A stretch of 64,000 nucleotides of DNA from Desulfatiglandales bacterium (lineage in GTDB: Bacteria > Desulfobacterota > DSM-4660 > Desulfatiglandales > HGW-15): positions 3,552,001 through 3,616,000 of the forward strand of contig CAXXJJ010000004.1 of assembly GCA_963667015.2 (NCBI GenBank), read 5' to 3'. Positions 47,501-56,817 of the stretch are shown piece by piece (position 1 is the first letter of the stretch; the number at the start of each line of letters is the position of its first letter). Below the pieces are notes generated by a model that saw nothing but the letters and a program-made list of their open reading frames with translations, had not been told where the DNA came from and made no database searches. The translations under genes and the position numbers were made by a program.

Positions 47501-47894
47501 ATATAACCCTCAAATTATTACCTGAATTTTGCACCACTTTTATAAAATACCGTGCAAGAAAATTTTTGCACGGGTAAATTTCAACGAATTATCAAATGGT
47601 TAAACGTACCATAAAAACACTGTGTTTTAAGAGCCCCTATTTTACTGGCTTTCCGGGTGGCATTGAAAAGCCCTATCAGGCTAGCTTTTTAGAATTGTAA
47701 AATTGTACTTCATAACCTACTTGGTTAAAGTATGGAAAATATTAAGCCTTTCAAAACTCAGTAATAACGAGGTTCATAGAACCCTATATGCATTTCAGAA
47801 CGATTTCGTGCAAAATTCAGGTATTAAGTCCACTAGGAGTCTCTTTCATTTTTTCTTAGCATCCCGGCGTGGCTTGTTATTTGAACAGTTAAAT
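47501..47894 (+). other. attC site interrupted by a MITE
   Basis: Removing the insert gives ATATAAC-CCTCAAATTATTAAGTCCAC...GTGGCTTGTTATTTG-AACA-GTTAAAT. Confidence 0.75.
47521..47821. mobile_element. 301-bp non-autonomous element (MITE), IS1380-like ends
   Basis: 14-bp inverted repeats CCTGAATTTTGCAC and GTGCAAAATTCAGG; 5-bp duplication TATTA on both sides; no transposase. Confidence 0.88.
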
Positions 47895-47903
47895 GGAAAA
47901 AGC

Positions 47904-48926
47904 ATGAAAAACATACTAATTTTATTAATCCTAATATTGACTTTGATCCATAACAATCTCTTTGCTGACTCATGGCCATCGCCGACCGAACAGGTCTATG
48001 AATCAAAAAATGGTAAATATAGGTTAACTGTTAAACCTGGCGATGAATCAAATTATTTTGATAATGTCATAAAAGAAATCAAAAATACTGAGGACTTTGA
48101 AGTCAAAGGGAATAGGTGTATTGGCATTCTAGAAAAGAAAATCTCAAATAGTTATGTGTTACTGTGGAAGTCGGAACTTAATAATGATGTATCACCAGTG
48201 TCTGCACTGGTCAGTGATTCTGGTAATTACGTTGTGACTTTTGACAACTGGTCTTCAGTGGGTCGTGGTGATAACGTTGTGGTTATCTACAACGAAAATG
48301 GAAAAGTAATAAAAACATTCAGGTTAGAAGATATTTTATCGCCCACCGAAACTATAAGGCTGAGTCGAAGTGTTCTTTCTACAAAGTGGGGACGAGGGCA
48401 TGAATTAGACGAAGAAAACAATTTATTAGTCCTAAAATTGTTAATAAGGCCATTTCCTTACGCTGGAGGCGCTCCAGGCAGAAAAATAGCCCCTGAAATC
48501 AAAGAAGAAAATCTAAAATGGGATCAAAACAAAATTACAACTATAAGGCGTCTAAGATTGTCAGATGGTTCTATTATCGATAAACCGATAATAGACAAAA
48601 GGTTTGAATATCCTAAATTTGAATGCGAAAAAGGGCAATACGCGGTGCAAGGTCCAGGTGGTGGTGCCAGGCTGTGGCAAATGTGTATTATTGATAATGG
48701 AATAAAAAGTAAAGGATCAGAAAATAACCTCCATGGCAAATATCAGGTATCATCTTTTATAAATGGTGCGTGGTTTATAGAGGTAAGAGGACAGTATAAA
48801 AATGGGAAAAGAGATGGCACCTGGACTCAAGTGTTTAATGAAGGAGATACTCCGTGTGCAAGAGAATATGACCTCGGCGTCATAATAAAAGAAGAATGCC
48901 CACAAGGCTGGTGGGGAACCTTTTAA
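47904..48926 (+). CDS. Hypothetical secreted protein (cassette)
   Basis: Start MKNILILLILILTLIHNNLFA (signal peptide). The ORF-track start at 47703 lies inside the MITE. Confidence 0.8.
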   Translation: MKNILILLILILTLIHNNLFADSWPSPTEQVYESKNGKYRLTVKPGDESNYFDNVIKEIKNTEDFEVKGNRCIGILEKKISNSYVLLWKSELNNDVSPVSALVSDSGNYVVTFDNWSSVGRGDNVVVIYNENGKVIKTFRLEDILSPTETIRLSRSVLSTKWGRGHELDEENNLLVLKLLIRPFPYAGGAPGRKIAPEIKEENLKWDQNKITTIRRLRLSDGSIIDKPIIDKRFEYPKFECEKGQYAVQGPGGGARLWQMCIIDNGIKSKGSENNLHGKYQVSSFINGAWFIEVRGQYKNGKRDGTWTQVFNEGDTPCAREYDLGVIIKEECPQGWWGTF

Positions 48927-49100
48927 AAACCATTTAATAGGCAAATAAGGAAATTGTTGGAAAATGCATAAATCACAAAAATCATCGCAGCCAGCGAAAA
49001 GATCCGCTGGCCGTTTATTTTAACCGACCTGTTTCAGATAATATGTATATTGGAATAAAAATATTTATAATATCAATTTGCTTAAACAAAGGAGATCAAT

Positions 49101-49631
49101 ATGAGTAAGCTGGAGAACAGGCCGGAAATACATCCGGCATTAATAATAATCGATGTGCAAAATCAATATATGCAGTATATGGCCGAAAAAAATTCAAAAA
49201 TTACAATTGATACAATTAATGGAGCAATAGCCCTATTCAGGCAGCATGATTATCCTGTTATTCGTGTCTATAATACTGACCCTAATTTTGGGCCTTCACC
49301 TGATTCAGATGAATTCCAGTTTGACCATGCCTTCCAGGTTGAACCCGGTGATGCAAAGTTTGTTAAAAATTACCCGAATGCATTTAAAAAAACAGATCTG
49401 GATAAATTCTTACGAGAAATAAATTGCGATACCTTATTTCTTTGCGGGTTAAGTGCAGTCGGTTGTGTTTTGGCAACATACTACGGAGCATTTGATCTGG
49501 ACTACAATGTTTTTCTGCTCAAGAATGGAATAATGAGCCATAATTCAAATTTTACAAAATTTGTAGAAGATGCAATGGAGTGTATTAGTTACTACACTAT
49601 GAATTTCATACTGACATCGAAACAAATTTAA
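49101..49631 (+). CDS. Isochorismatase/cysteine hydrolase
   Basis: ALIIIDVQN, KNYPNAF, LCGLSAVGCVLAT. Confidence 0.9.
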   Translation: MSKLENRPEIHPALIIIDVQNQYMQYMAEKNSKITIDTINGAIALFRQHDYPVIRVYNTDPNFGPSPDSDEFQFDHAFQVEPGDAKFVKNYPNAFKKTDLDKFLREINCDTLFLCGLSAVGCVLATYYGAFDLDYNVFLLKNGIMSHNSNFTKFVEDAMECISYYTMNFILTSKQI

Positions 49632-49730
49632 TGAGAGAGGCGGCGTCAGGTCCGGGCAATTGACAGTCATTGTCGATTATTTCCAATTTTTAGAAAGATC
49701 TGACATTTTTATTGGCGTTCTGTAATAATA

Positions 49731-50207
49731 ATGGATATGGAAATTACATTTAAAACTGCAACCATTGATGACTGCGAAGCATTATGTGAAATCCATATTT
49801 CATCAATTCGGGAATTATGCAGGGAACATCACTCAGATGCCGAGATTGAAGTATGGACAAAAGGAAGAACACCTGAAAGGTATAAAAGCCATATTATTAA
49901 TCAGAACCTTTTCATAGCTCAGCACAAAAATACAGCAGTTGGATTTTCTACATTTAATATAAAGACTGGAGAAATAATTCAGTTATATGTTCATCCGGAG
50001 TACGCAGGTAAAGGCGTTGGCTCCCGGATATTAGTAAACATCTTAAAAATAGCGGAAAAAGCAGATTTAAATGAAATTCACTGCAACTCATCCTTAAACG
50101 CAGAGAAATTCTATCTTAAAGCAGGTTTTAAGGCAGAAGAGAAATGTATTAATTTTATAAACGGGGGAGAAGTTACCTGTATACCTATGAGGAAGTCTCT
50201 CAAATAA
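49731..50207 (+). CDS. GNAT acetyltransferase
   Basis: LYVHPEYAGKGVG, SSLNAEKFYLKAGF; flanked by GTTCTGTAA and TTACAGAGC. Confidence 0.9.
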   Translation: MDMEITFKTATIDDCEALCEIHISSIRELCREHHSDAEIEVWTKGRTPERYKSHIINQNLFIAQHKNTAVGFSTFNIKTGEIIQLYVHPEYAGKGVGSRILVNILKIAEKADLNEIHCNSSLNAEKFYLKAGFKAEEKCINFINGGEVTCIPMRKSLK

Positions 50208-50315
50208 TTACAGAGCAAACCATTTAACTATGGCTGATTGATAAAACGCCGCCCGGCATTCTAAGGACACGTTAAATAGCCCGGTTAAAACATTAACCTG
50301 CTTTATGAGGAATCC

Positions 50316-50558
50316 ATGATTGATATAAACTTTGCGTTGTTCCTGGCGACTTCAGTGGTTCTGATTATCACGCCCGGACAGGATATGATACTTGTTATGT
50401 CACGCTCTATTTTAGTTAAGGCGCCCATAGGTTATTTTGCCGGCAGTTTTTCTAAATGGCTGAGATCCAGACCTTTTGTTCAGGTTTGGATTAACCGAAT
50501 AAGCGGAGGAGTTCTTATTGCACTGGGTATTAAATTGGCGTTTGAAAAAAGAACTTAA
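50316..50558 (+). pseudogene. LysE/RhtB translocator with an internal in-frame deletion
   Basis: N-terminal ITPGQDMILVMSRS joined directly to C-terminal WINRISGGVLIALG; 80 aa versus about 200 for the family. Confidence 0.75.
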
Positions 50559-50680
50559 ACGATACAATATGGTCCTGCAGGAAAAATAACTATGGATGAA
50601 AACACCGTACATATACGTTGTGAGAACAATATTTATCAGGCCATAATACAAATCCTGATTGTTTAATGGAGAATTATTGA

Positions 50681-51088
50681 ATGCAATATTCAGGCTCCTG
50701 CTTGTGTAAAGCGGTCAAATATAAAATTACAGGCGAATTTGAGAGTTTCTATCTGTGCCATTGCGGATACTGCCAGAAGGATACCGGCTCTGCACATGCA
50801 GCAAATTTGTTTTCTTCAACAGCCAGGCTTGAATGGATTAAAGGAGAAAGCAACGTACGAATATTTCAGTTGAAGAAATCGAATCATGTAAAGGCGTTCT
50901 GCGTAACATGTGGATCTGCCCTGCCCAATCTGCAAATGGAAGGCACGCTTCTGGCCGTCCCGGCTGGAAGCCTTGATAGCAAATTGGATAAATTACCTGA
51001 TGGCCATATCTTTATTTCAAACAAGGCGAATTGGGATGAAGCTTTGGAAACTGTAAAAAAGTTTCAACGCCTTCCAATTGAAGATTAG
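50681..51088 (+). CDS. GFA/CENP-V family protein
   Basis: GSCLC..V, CHCGYCQK, FCVTCGS. Confidence 0.92.
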   Translation: MQYSGSCLCKAVKYKITGEFESFYLCHCGYCQKDTGSAHAANLFSSTARLEWIKGESNVRIFQLKKSNHVKAFCVTCGSALPNLQMEGTLLAVPAGSLDSKLDKLPDGHIFISNKANWDEALETVKKFQRLPIED

Positions 51089-51094
51089 ATCGCA

Positions 51095-51385
51095 ATGAAA
51101 CTTTACAGTATCGCAATCGTAATGGGCATTTCCACCGGTGTGGCGGGCGGCATCATTCGGGATGTTCTTTCGGGTGAAATACCTCTTATTCTTCGCCGGG
51201 AAATCTATGCCTCGGCATGCCTCTGCGGCGCCGCCCTGTATGCGCTCCTGACACACATCCAGCTACCCAGTCCTTTTATTGTGTCTGCCGCGGTGCTTAT
51301 CTCCCTGGTGATTCGGCTTGCCGCCCTGCACTGGAACCTGTCCCTTCCACTGTTCCGGCTTGAAGAAAACAGAGAAGAGGAATAA
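51095..51385 (+). pseudogene. C-terminal half of a YadS/UPF0126 (TRIC) membrane protein
   Basis: TGVAGGIIRDVLSGEIPLILRREIYA; N-terminal repeat missing; GC-richer than its neighbours. Confidence 0.75.
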
Positions 51386-51398
51386 TGATGAGACAAAA

Positions 51399-51868
51399 AT
51401 GAATATTAGAACTGCAACTTCAAAAGATCTGGACGGTATTTGTAAACTTTCAAACGAGATAAATGAATATCATCATCTGCACATGCCTCACATGTTCAGG
51501 AAACCTGGGAGCCCTGATCAGGATATTCCCTACTGGTCACACTACCTGGAACATGAAAAAGGAGTTGTTTTTGTAGCAGAGGAGTCCCCGGATATTACGG
51601 GTGCAATATGTGCGGAAATAATTATGAGCACTCCTGCGCCGTTTTTTTTGACCGGTGTATGTGTTTTATAGGGACAATCGTTGTCAGTAAAAAATATCAG
51701 AAAACCGGAACAGGTAAGGACCTGATGTCAAAAATTGAGGAGTGGGCGGTTACAGAAGGCGCAGAAGAAATTGAATTGAACGTGATGCGGTTTAATTCAA
51801 ATGCCTTTGAATTTTATAAAAAATCAGGTTTTGAGGCCGTTTTTACCAGAATGGCAAAAAAAATATAA
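51399..51868 (+). pseudogene. GNAT acetyltransferase frameshifted at a T8 tract (51642-51649)
   Basis: MNIRTATSKDL... in one frame and IVVSKKYQKTGTGK...FNSNAFEFYKKSGF in the -1 frame; one more T restores it. Confidence 0.85.
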
Positions 51869-51973
51869 TCACATCGAAACTTTTTTGGGAACAATTGGAA
51901 CCGCCCTTTGTCTAAACCATTAAACAAACAAATACCCCCCCCAAAGGTATAAGTTTTGCTTTTTCCTCCCTTT

Positions 51974-51995
51974 CCCTCCCCCGAAAGGGGGAGGG
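51974..51995. terminator. GC-rich hairpin between convergent genes
   Basis: CCCTCCCCC-GAAA-GGGGGAGGG. Confidence 0.55.
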
Positions 51996-52018
51996 TATCA
52001 AATGCCAATCACTTATCT

Positions 52019-52747
52019 TTACTCTTTTGCCTCATTACCCTTTACCTTAAGAACAGCATCATCGTCTTCATAAAGGGTTAAATAGACTTTTTGACCGGTA
52101 TCTGTTGCCAGGTAGGCCTCAGATGCGGCCGTTAAAATCGGGAAAACCCTCCTGAGATCATCACTGGTGCCGGTACTGGTAATGGTGGTTTTCCACAGTT
52201 GAATTTCCTTCTCATCTTTTTTAAATTGTTCATAGTCATATGCGGTAATAACAATAAAACGGCGATAGGCAGTTTTTGTATCCAGGTAAGTGCTGTAGCC
52301 CCTGAAGCCGTAAGTGGGGGTAAAGGTTGTATAACTCCTGTATGTCTTCTCACCGTCATCACCGGTTTCTGCGACATAGGTCCTTCTGGACAAATACCCT
52401 GTATGACCATACTCGGGAAGAGAGTAGGCATATTGATATGTTTCAGGATCACCGATGCCATAGGCAAGATAAACAGCCAGGTCGGCATCATCTTTTGAAG
52501 TAGTATAGATATATCCTTTCGCCTGCATAACTCTTTTAAAATAGGCGGCATATTCCTGGAACTCCAGATCCGCCTCTGTTATCCCCTGGTTTCCGGGCAG
52601 TAAAAGATAGGTTTTTTTTGAAGATGCTTCTCCCGATGCAAAGGAATCGACAGATACACCGAATCGCGTCCTGCCAATATTGGAAAGTGTTGAACAACCG
52701 CTTAAAAGGATTAGGAGCAGCACTGAGCATATTTTAATAAGTTTCAT
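52019..52747 (-). CDS. Lipoprotein (DUF4136-like)
   Basis: Lipobox LSGC; MQAKGY...ADLAVYLAYG, QLWKT. Confidence 0.7.
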   Translation of the reverse strand: MKLIKICSVLLLILLSGCSTLSNIGRTRFGVSVDSFASGEASSKKTYLLLPGNQGITEADLEFQEYAAYFKRVMQAKGYIYTTSKDDADLAVYLAYGIGDPETYQYAYSLPEYGHTGYLSRRTYVAETGDDGEKTYRSYTTFTPTYGFRGYSTYLDTKTAYRRFIVITAYDYEQFKKDEKEIQLWKTTITSTGTSDDLRRVFPILTAASEAYLATDTGQKVYLTLYEDDDAVLKVKGNEAKE

Positions 52748-52995
52748 GATTTCTCCTTACAATACTTGAATCCGGATAGAAGTTTTCCGCCTGTAGTACG
52801 CTTTTTATACTATTCAGACAGCATCATACCAAAGTGATCTTGACAGCGCCATAATAGGACATACTTTATGACCCTGATGTCCTGCTGGCAAATACAAATT
52901 ATATATAAATTTTCAGCAGTCAATATGTTCTTTTCGAATGATCCTTAATTTTTAATTTAATAACTGCTAGTACAAGGAAAAAGAAGGAGGGAATT

Positions 52996-53643
52996 ATGAA
53001 CAGAAAATGCTTTAAAAACGGTCTTCTTTCTGGATTCGTTTTATTTGTTATCCTGTGTGGAATGTCACTGGCTGCCATGGCTAAAACAGGTGATGGATTA
53101 ACTGCCTTAAGTACCGGAGAATTTGAGAAAGCAGAGGCAATTTTCAGCGAGGTTTTGAAGGGTGATGCAGAAAATTCCGAAGCCGGGTACTATCTTGGTT
53201 TAAGCCTCCTCATGCAGGAAAAATTTGATAGGGCACTTGGTGTTTTTAAAACCCTGAAGGCCGATATGGGTAATACCGAAATCCCCACTAAAGGTCAGGT
53301 AGAGATAGGTCTTGTCCGCTCCTATCTGGGTCTTAAAAATTATCCAGAGGCGCTTACGAGTCTTAAGGCTGCTGAATCTGCAAAGGCCGATAGGATCGAG
53401 ATCCATACATATAAAGGCGCCTATTACCTGGAAGTGAATGAAAACAGCAAGGCAAATGAAGAACTTGAAAAGGCCCTTGAGCTTAAATCTCAAAATCCAT
53501 ACACCTATTATTATGCAGGCATTGTCAGTATTAGACTTGGTTACCCGCAAAAGGCGGTCAAACTGTTTGAGACGTTTTTAGAAATGGCGCCCTATACACA
53601 TGAAGCGGAACATGCAAAGTTTCTGGTTGATACCCTGTGTTAA
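52996..53643 (+). CDS. Secreted TPR-repeat protein
   Basis: Signal peptide; TPR helices (AGYYLGLS, YYYAGIV...AVKLFETFLEMAP). Confidence 0.85.
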   Translation: MNRKCFKNGLLSGFVLFVILCGMSLAAMAKTGDGLTALSTGEFEKAEAIFSEVLKGDAENSEAGYYLGLSLLMQEKFDRALGVFKTLKADMGNTEIPTKGQVEIGLVRSYLGLKNYPEALTSLKAAESAKADRIEIHTYKGAYYLEVNENSKANEELEKALELKSQNPYTYYYAGIVSIRLGYPQKAVKLFETFLEMAPYTHEAEHAKFLVDTLC

Positions 53644-53786
53644 AGTTAATCTTCCTCTTCCCGCCAGTCTTCGCTAAAGTAAGGCCCGGCAGGGGAGAGG
53701 AGGTTTTCACCATGAATGAATTGATTATATTATCCCGCAAATAGTGTCTTATCTGTTGTTTAAGACATATATATTTTGAACTGTGA

Positions 53787-55160
53787 TTATGAAGTAAAAT
53801 GGTAATTAATAATATTTTTTGCCAGATCTTTGGCCCTGATCCCAAGAAGCTTGCCATGTATTGCAAGTACTGTAATGATGATTCCATTATCTTTAGCCTC
53901 GGGTATGGCAAAGGCGGTGACCCAATCATATTTAAATTTATCATTGGGGTCATTTATTGTTCCTGTTTTGGCACCCAGATCAATGTTCTTAAATGACTTT
54001 TTTCTCCTTAATTGACGAAATGTTTTACTGCATGTTCCATTTTTTACAGTATCCTCCATGAGTATCCTGATCTTATCTGCAGTAGCTTCCTTTAGAGGGC
54101 TGCCAAGCTCAGCATTCCTTCCGCTATAGATGACCTGACCGGATTCGTCCCTTATTTCACTTACTACCCATGGCTCCATTATTGTCCCGTTATTAACAAC
54201 AGCTGAAGTCATCAGGGAGGCATGCATTGGGGAAATGAGGGTCCTTTTATTGAACCCCGAAGCTATCTCAGCCAGGCCGAAATCATCATCTGGCACATCT
54301 ATAAAGCTCTTTTCAACAGGCAATTCAAAAGGAATTGTGTGGTTAAACAGGAACTTATCCGCGTAATCAGTTAGAAGATCCTTGCCAAGTTCATAGATAC
54401 CCAGCCTGCCGAAAACAGGGTTATTTGATCCGGAAAAGGCTTTTTTCAAGCTCGTTTCATAGGTATATCGATTCTTGCGCAGGTCTTTTTTAAGCTGGCT
54501 TTTATACAGGGTATATTTTCCACCACGGTAATAAAAAGTTTTATCAATGGAGAAGTTACGACCCTCAATAGCTGCTGATGCGGACACAATTTTAAAAAGA
54601 CTTGCCGCAGGAATATCCGCTTTAAGGATTAGATTCTTCTCCTGTTTTTCTTTATCATAATCTGCCATTGCCAGTATCTGTCCCGTAGCAGGATTAAGCA
54701 CCACAACTGCCGCCTGAAGTGTCTGCGAACGCTTAAGCAATTTATAGATATAGTTCTGGAGTGAGGAGTCAATTGAGGTTGAAATATCAAGTATTGATCC
54801 CTCTTTTGCAAGCTTATAATTGCCTGTGACTGGTGATTGCTCAAGAGACAGATCATCAAGAAGAGGTTGCAGGTCTTTCTTTGTTATCCGGTTATGTGCC
54901 TCTTCTGCAATCCCGACCTGTTTTATCGTTTGCTCAAGGCTCGCATCTATGTTGTTTTTTGTATTGCCTTTGAGATGAGCGTATAACCATGAACCGATAA
55001 ATGCCACAAGGGCCAGGGTCAAAATTCCACCGCAAATATATATCCATAAAAAAGGAAGCCTTTTTAAAAATGAAATCCTTCTTTCTTCTCTCTTAAGCTG
55101 TCTCTTGAGTTTTTTCTGGTATTTTCGCCAGCGCTTTTTTCCAACATCGTTATATATCAT
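53787..55160 (-). CDS. Penicillin-binding transpeptidase domain protein
   Basis: TM anchor, SxxK (ASLFK), SxN (SNN), KTG, NPATGQILAMA. Confidence 0.88.
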   Translation of the reverse strand: MIYNDVGKKRWRKYQKKLKRQLKREERRISFLKRLPFLWIYICGGILTLALVAFIGSWLYAHLKGNTKNNIDASLEQTIKQVGIAEEAHNRITKKDLQPLLDDLSLEQSPVTGNYKLAKEGSILDISTSIDSSLQNYIYKLLKRSQTLQAAVVVLNPATGQILAMADYDKEKQEKNLILKADIPAASLFKIVSASAAIEGRNFSIDKTFYYRGGKYTLYKSQLKKDLRKNRYTYETSLKKAFSGSNNPVFGRLGIYELGKDLLTDYADKFLFNHTIPFELPVEKSFIDVPDDDFGLAEIASGFNKRTLISPMHASLMTSAVVNNGTIMEPWVVSEIRDESGQVIYSGRNAELGSPLKEATADKIRILMEDTVKNGTCSKTFRQLRRKKSFKNIDLGAKTGTINDPNDKFKYDWVTAFAIPEAKDNGIIITVLAIHGKLLGIRAKDLAKNIINYHFTS

Positions 55161-55356
55161 TTTAATTCAGCTTTACTATATCAAATATGTTGCAGGTAAT
55201 TTATCAAAACAATTTAAACACAAAAAGGAGACTGAGGCGGATAATATCACTAATGGCCACTAGATTTCAATTGATTAGGCGCTGGGAAATAAACGGTATA
55301 AAATCACTAAAAAACCATTGACCTTAAAATTCGGATAGTGCTATCATCTTTTTGTT

Positions 55357-55372
55357 GACCGACCGGTCGGCC
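55357..55372. promoter_or_regulatory. Putative TetR operator
   Basis: Palindrome CCGACCGGTCGG about 23 nt upstream of the TetR gene start. Confidence 0.6.
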
Positions 55373-55393
55373 ATAATTTTAAAAGGAAACTGA

Positions 55394-56008
55394 ATGTCAC
55401 CAAAGATTGTTAATAAAGAAATAAAAAAGCAGGAAATCCTGAAGGCAGCCATGAGAATATTCGCGCAGAATGGGGTAGTTAAGACCAAAATGGCGGATAT
55501 CGCAACAGCAGCCGGAATCGGAAAGGGAACAATATACGAATATTTCCGCAGCAAGGAAGATATCTTTGCAGAGGCTTACAGCCATATCTTTATGGATACG
55601 GAAAGAAGTATCATTGAAGTGCTTGAAAGCCCAATATCTCCGGAAGAAAAATTACGCAGGTTTATGAGTGTGACCATGGAAGAGTTTCTGCTAAAGGACG
55701 GGGGAGAGTTTGCCGGGATTATGATGTCTTTCTGGTCAGAGGGTATCCGCAATAATAATGAAAGGATCATGGAGATTATTGACCTTAAAAAGATCTATTC
55801 GGAGTTCCGGTTAATGATCTCCGGCATTCTTGATGAAGGGATAAAAAAAGGATCATTCAGGAAGGTGGATACCCATTTGACAGCCTCTGTGATTATAGGG
55901 GCAATGGATGGAATCCTATTGCAATATATTATGGATAAAAATGTGTTTTCGCCCGGAAAGGCGATTGAAACCCTGCTGGACGGATTTATAAATGGTATAA
56001 AAGTTTAA
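55394..56008 (+). CDS. TetR/AcrR transcriptional regulator
   Basis: ILKAAMRIFAQNG...ADIATAAGIGKGTIYEYFRSKE. Confidence 0.95.
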   Translation: MSPKIVNKEIKKQEILKAAMRIFAQNGVVKTKMADIATAAGIGKGTIYEYFRSKEDIFAEAYSHIFMDTERSIIEVLESPISPEEKLRRFMSVTMEEFLLKDGGEFAGIMMSFWSEGIRNNNERIMEIIDLKKIYSEFRLMISGILDEGIKKGSFRKVDTHLTASVIIGAMDGILLQYIMDKNVFSPGKAIETLLDGFINGIKV

Positions 56009-56024
56009 AATATTGGAGGTAATT

Positions 56025-56813
56025 ATGTTCAGTATTTTTTCCAAAAATCTTTTAAATAAGTCAATTTTCCTGCTCTGTATTACCTGGCTCATCTGTTTTT
56101 TAAGCCAGGCTGCATCAGGAGAGGAGCTGTCTGCCAGGGATATCGTTGCCAGATCAAATGATCTGCTGCGCGGTAAAAGCTCCAGCGCCACTGCGACCTT
56201 GAAGGTTGTCAAACCGGACTGGTCACGTGAAATGACATCCAAAATCTGGATGCTGGAACCGGATTATGCCATGATCCTGATTACAGAACCTGCCAAAGAC
56301 AAGGGAAATGTCACCCTGAAACGAAAAAAGGAGATGTGGAACTGGGTGCCTGCCATTCAACGGGTTATAAAGATACCTCCTTCCATGATGATGCAGCCAT
56401 GGATGGGTTCTGATTTTAACAATGATGATCTGGTACGCGAATCATCCATTGTGGAGGATTATACACAGTCGTTAATCGGGGAAGAAAATATTGATGGATA
56501 CGACTGCTACAAGGTTCTTCTCATGCCAAAACCCGAGGCAGGCGTTGTATGGGGGAAGGTAATAATGTGGATATCAAAAAAGGGATACCTGCAGCTCAGG
56601 ACCGAATATTATGATGAAGATGAAAACCTTATCAAATATATGACCGGAAGCAGGGTAAAGGAGATGGGCGGCCGCACAATCCCTTCATACTGGGAAATGA
56701 TCCCTGTAGACAAGGAAGGAGAAAAGACGATCCTTGAATATAAATCAATAGAATTTGATATCAAAATAAGCCCCTCGTTCTTTTCCGAGCAGAGGATGAA
56801 ACGTGTGAGGTAA
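56025..56813 (+). CDS. Outer-membrane lipoprotein-sorting (LolA-like) protein
   Basis: GGAGG RBS, signal peptide, MWNWVP..RVIKIPPSMM..WMGSDFNNDDL. Confidence 0.82.
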   Translation: MFSIFSKNLLNKSIFLLCITWLICFLSQAASGEELSARDIVARSNDLLRGKSSSATATLKVVKPDWSREMTSKIWMLEPDYAMILITEPAKDKGNVTLKRKKEMWNWVPAIQRVIKIPPSMMMQPWMGSDFNNDDLVRESSIVEDYTQSLIGEENIDGYDCYKVLLMPKPEAGVVWGKVIMWISKKGYLQLRTEYYDEDENLIKYMTGSRVKEMGGRTIPSYWEMIPVDKEGEKTILEYKSIEFDIKISPSFFSEQRMKRVR

Positions 56814-56817
56814 TAAA

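Larger units (their letters stand above)
43929..50280 (+). mobile_element. Integron gene-cassette array with no integrase in the window (CALIN-like)
   Basis: Co-oriented unrelated genes bounded by attC sites. Cassette start and end cores are complementary: GTTATGG/CCATAAC, GTTATAT/ATATAAC, and near matches for later cassettes. Confidence 0.85.

Noticed and set aside
47703..47903. N-terminal extension of the 407-aa ORF
   Set aside because: Derived from the MITE and attC; the signal peptide starts at 47904.
48927..49030. Intact attC after the secreted-protein cassette
   Set aside because: The core is mutated (CCATTTAAT) and no clear right core is present; treated as a relic only.
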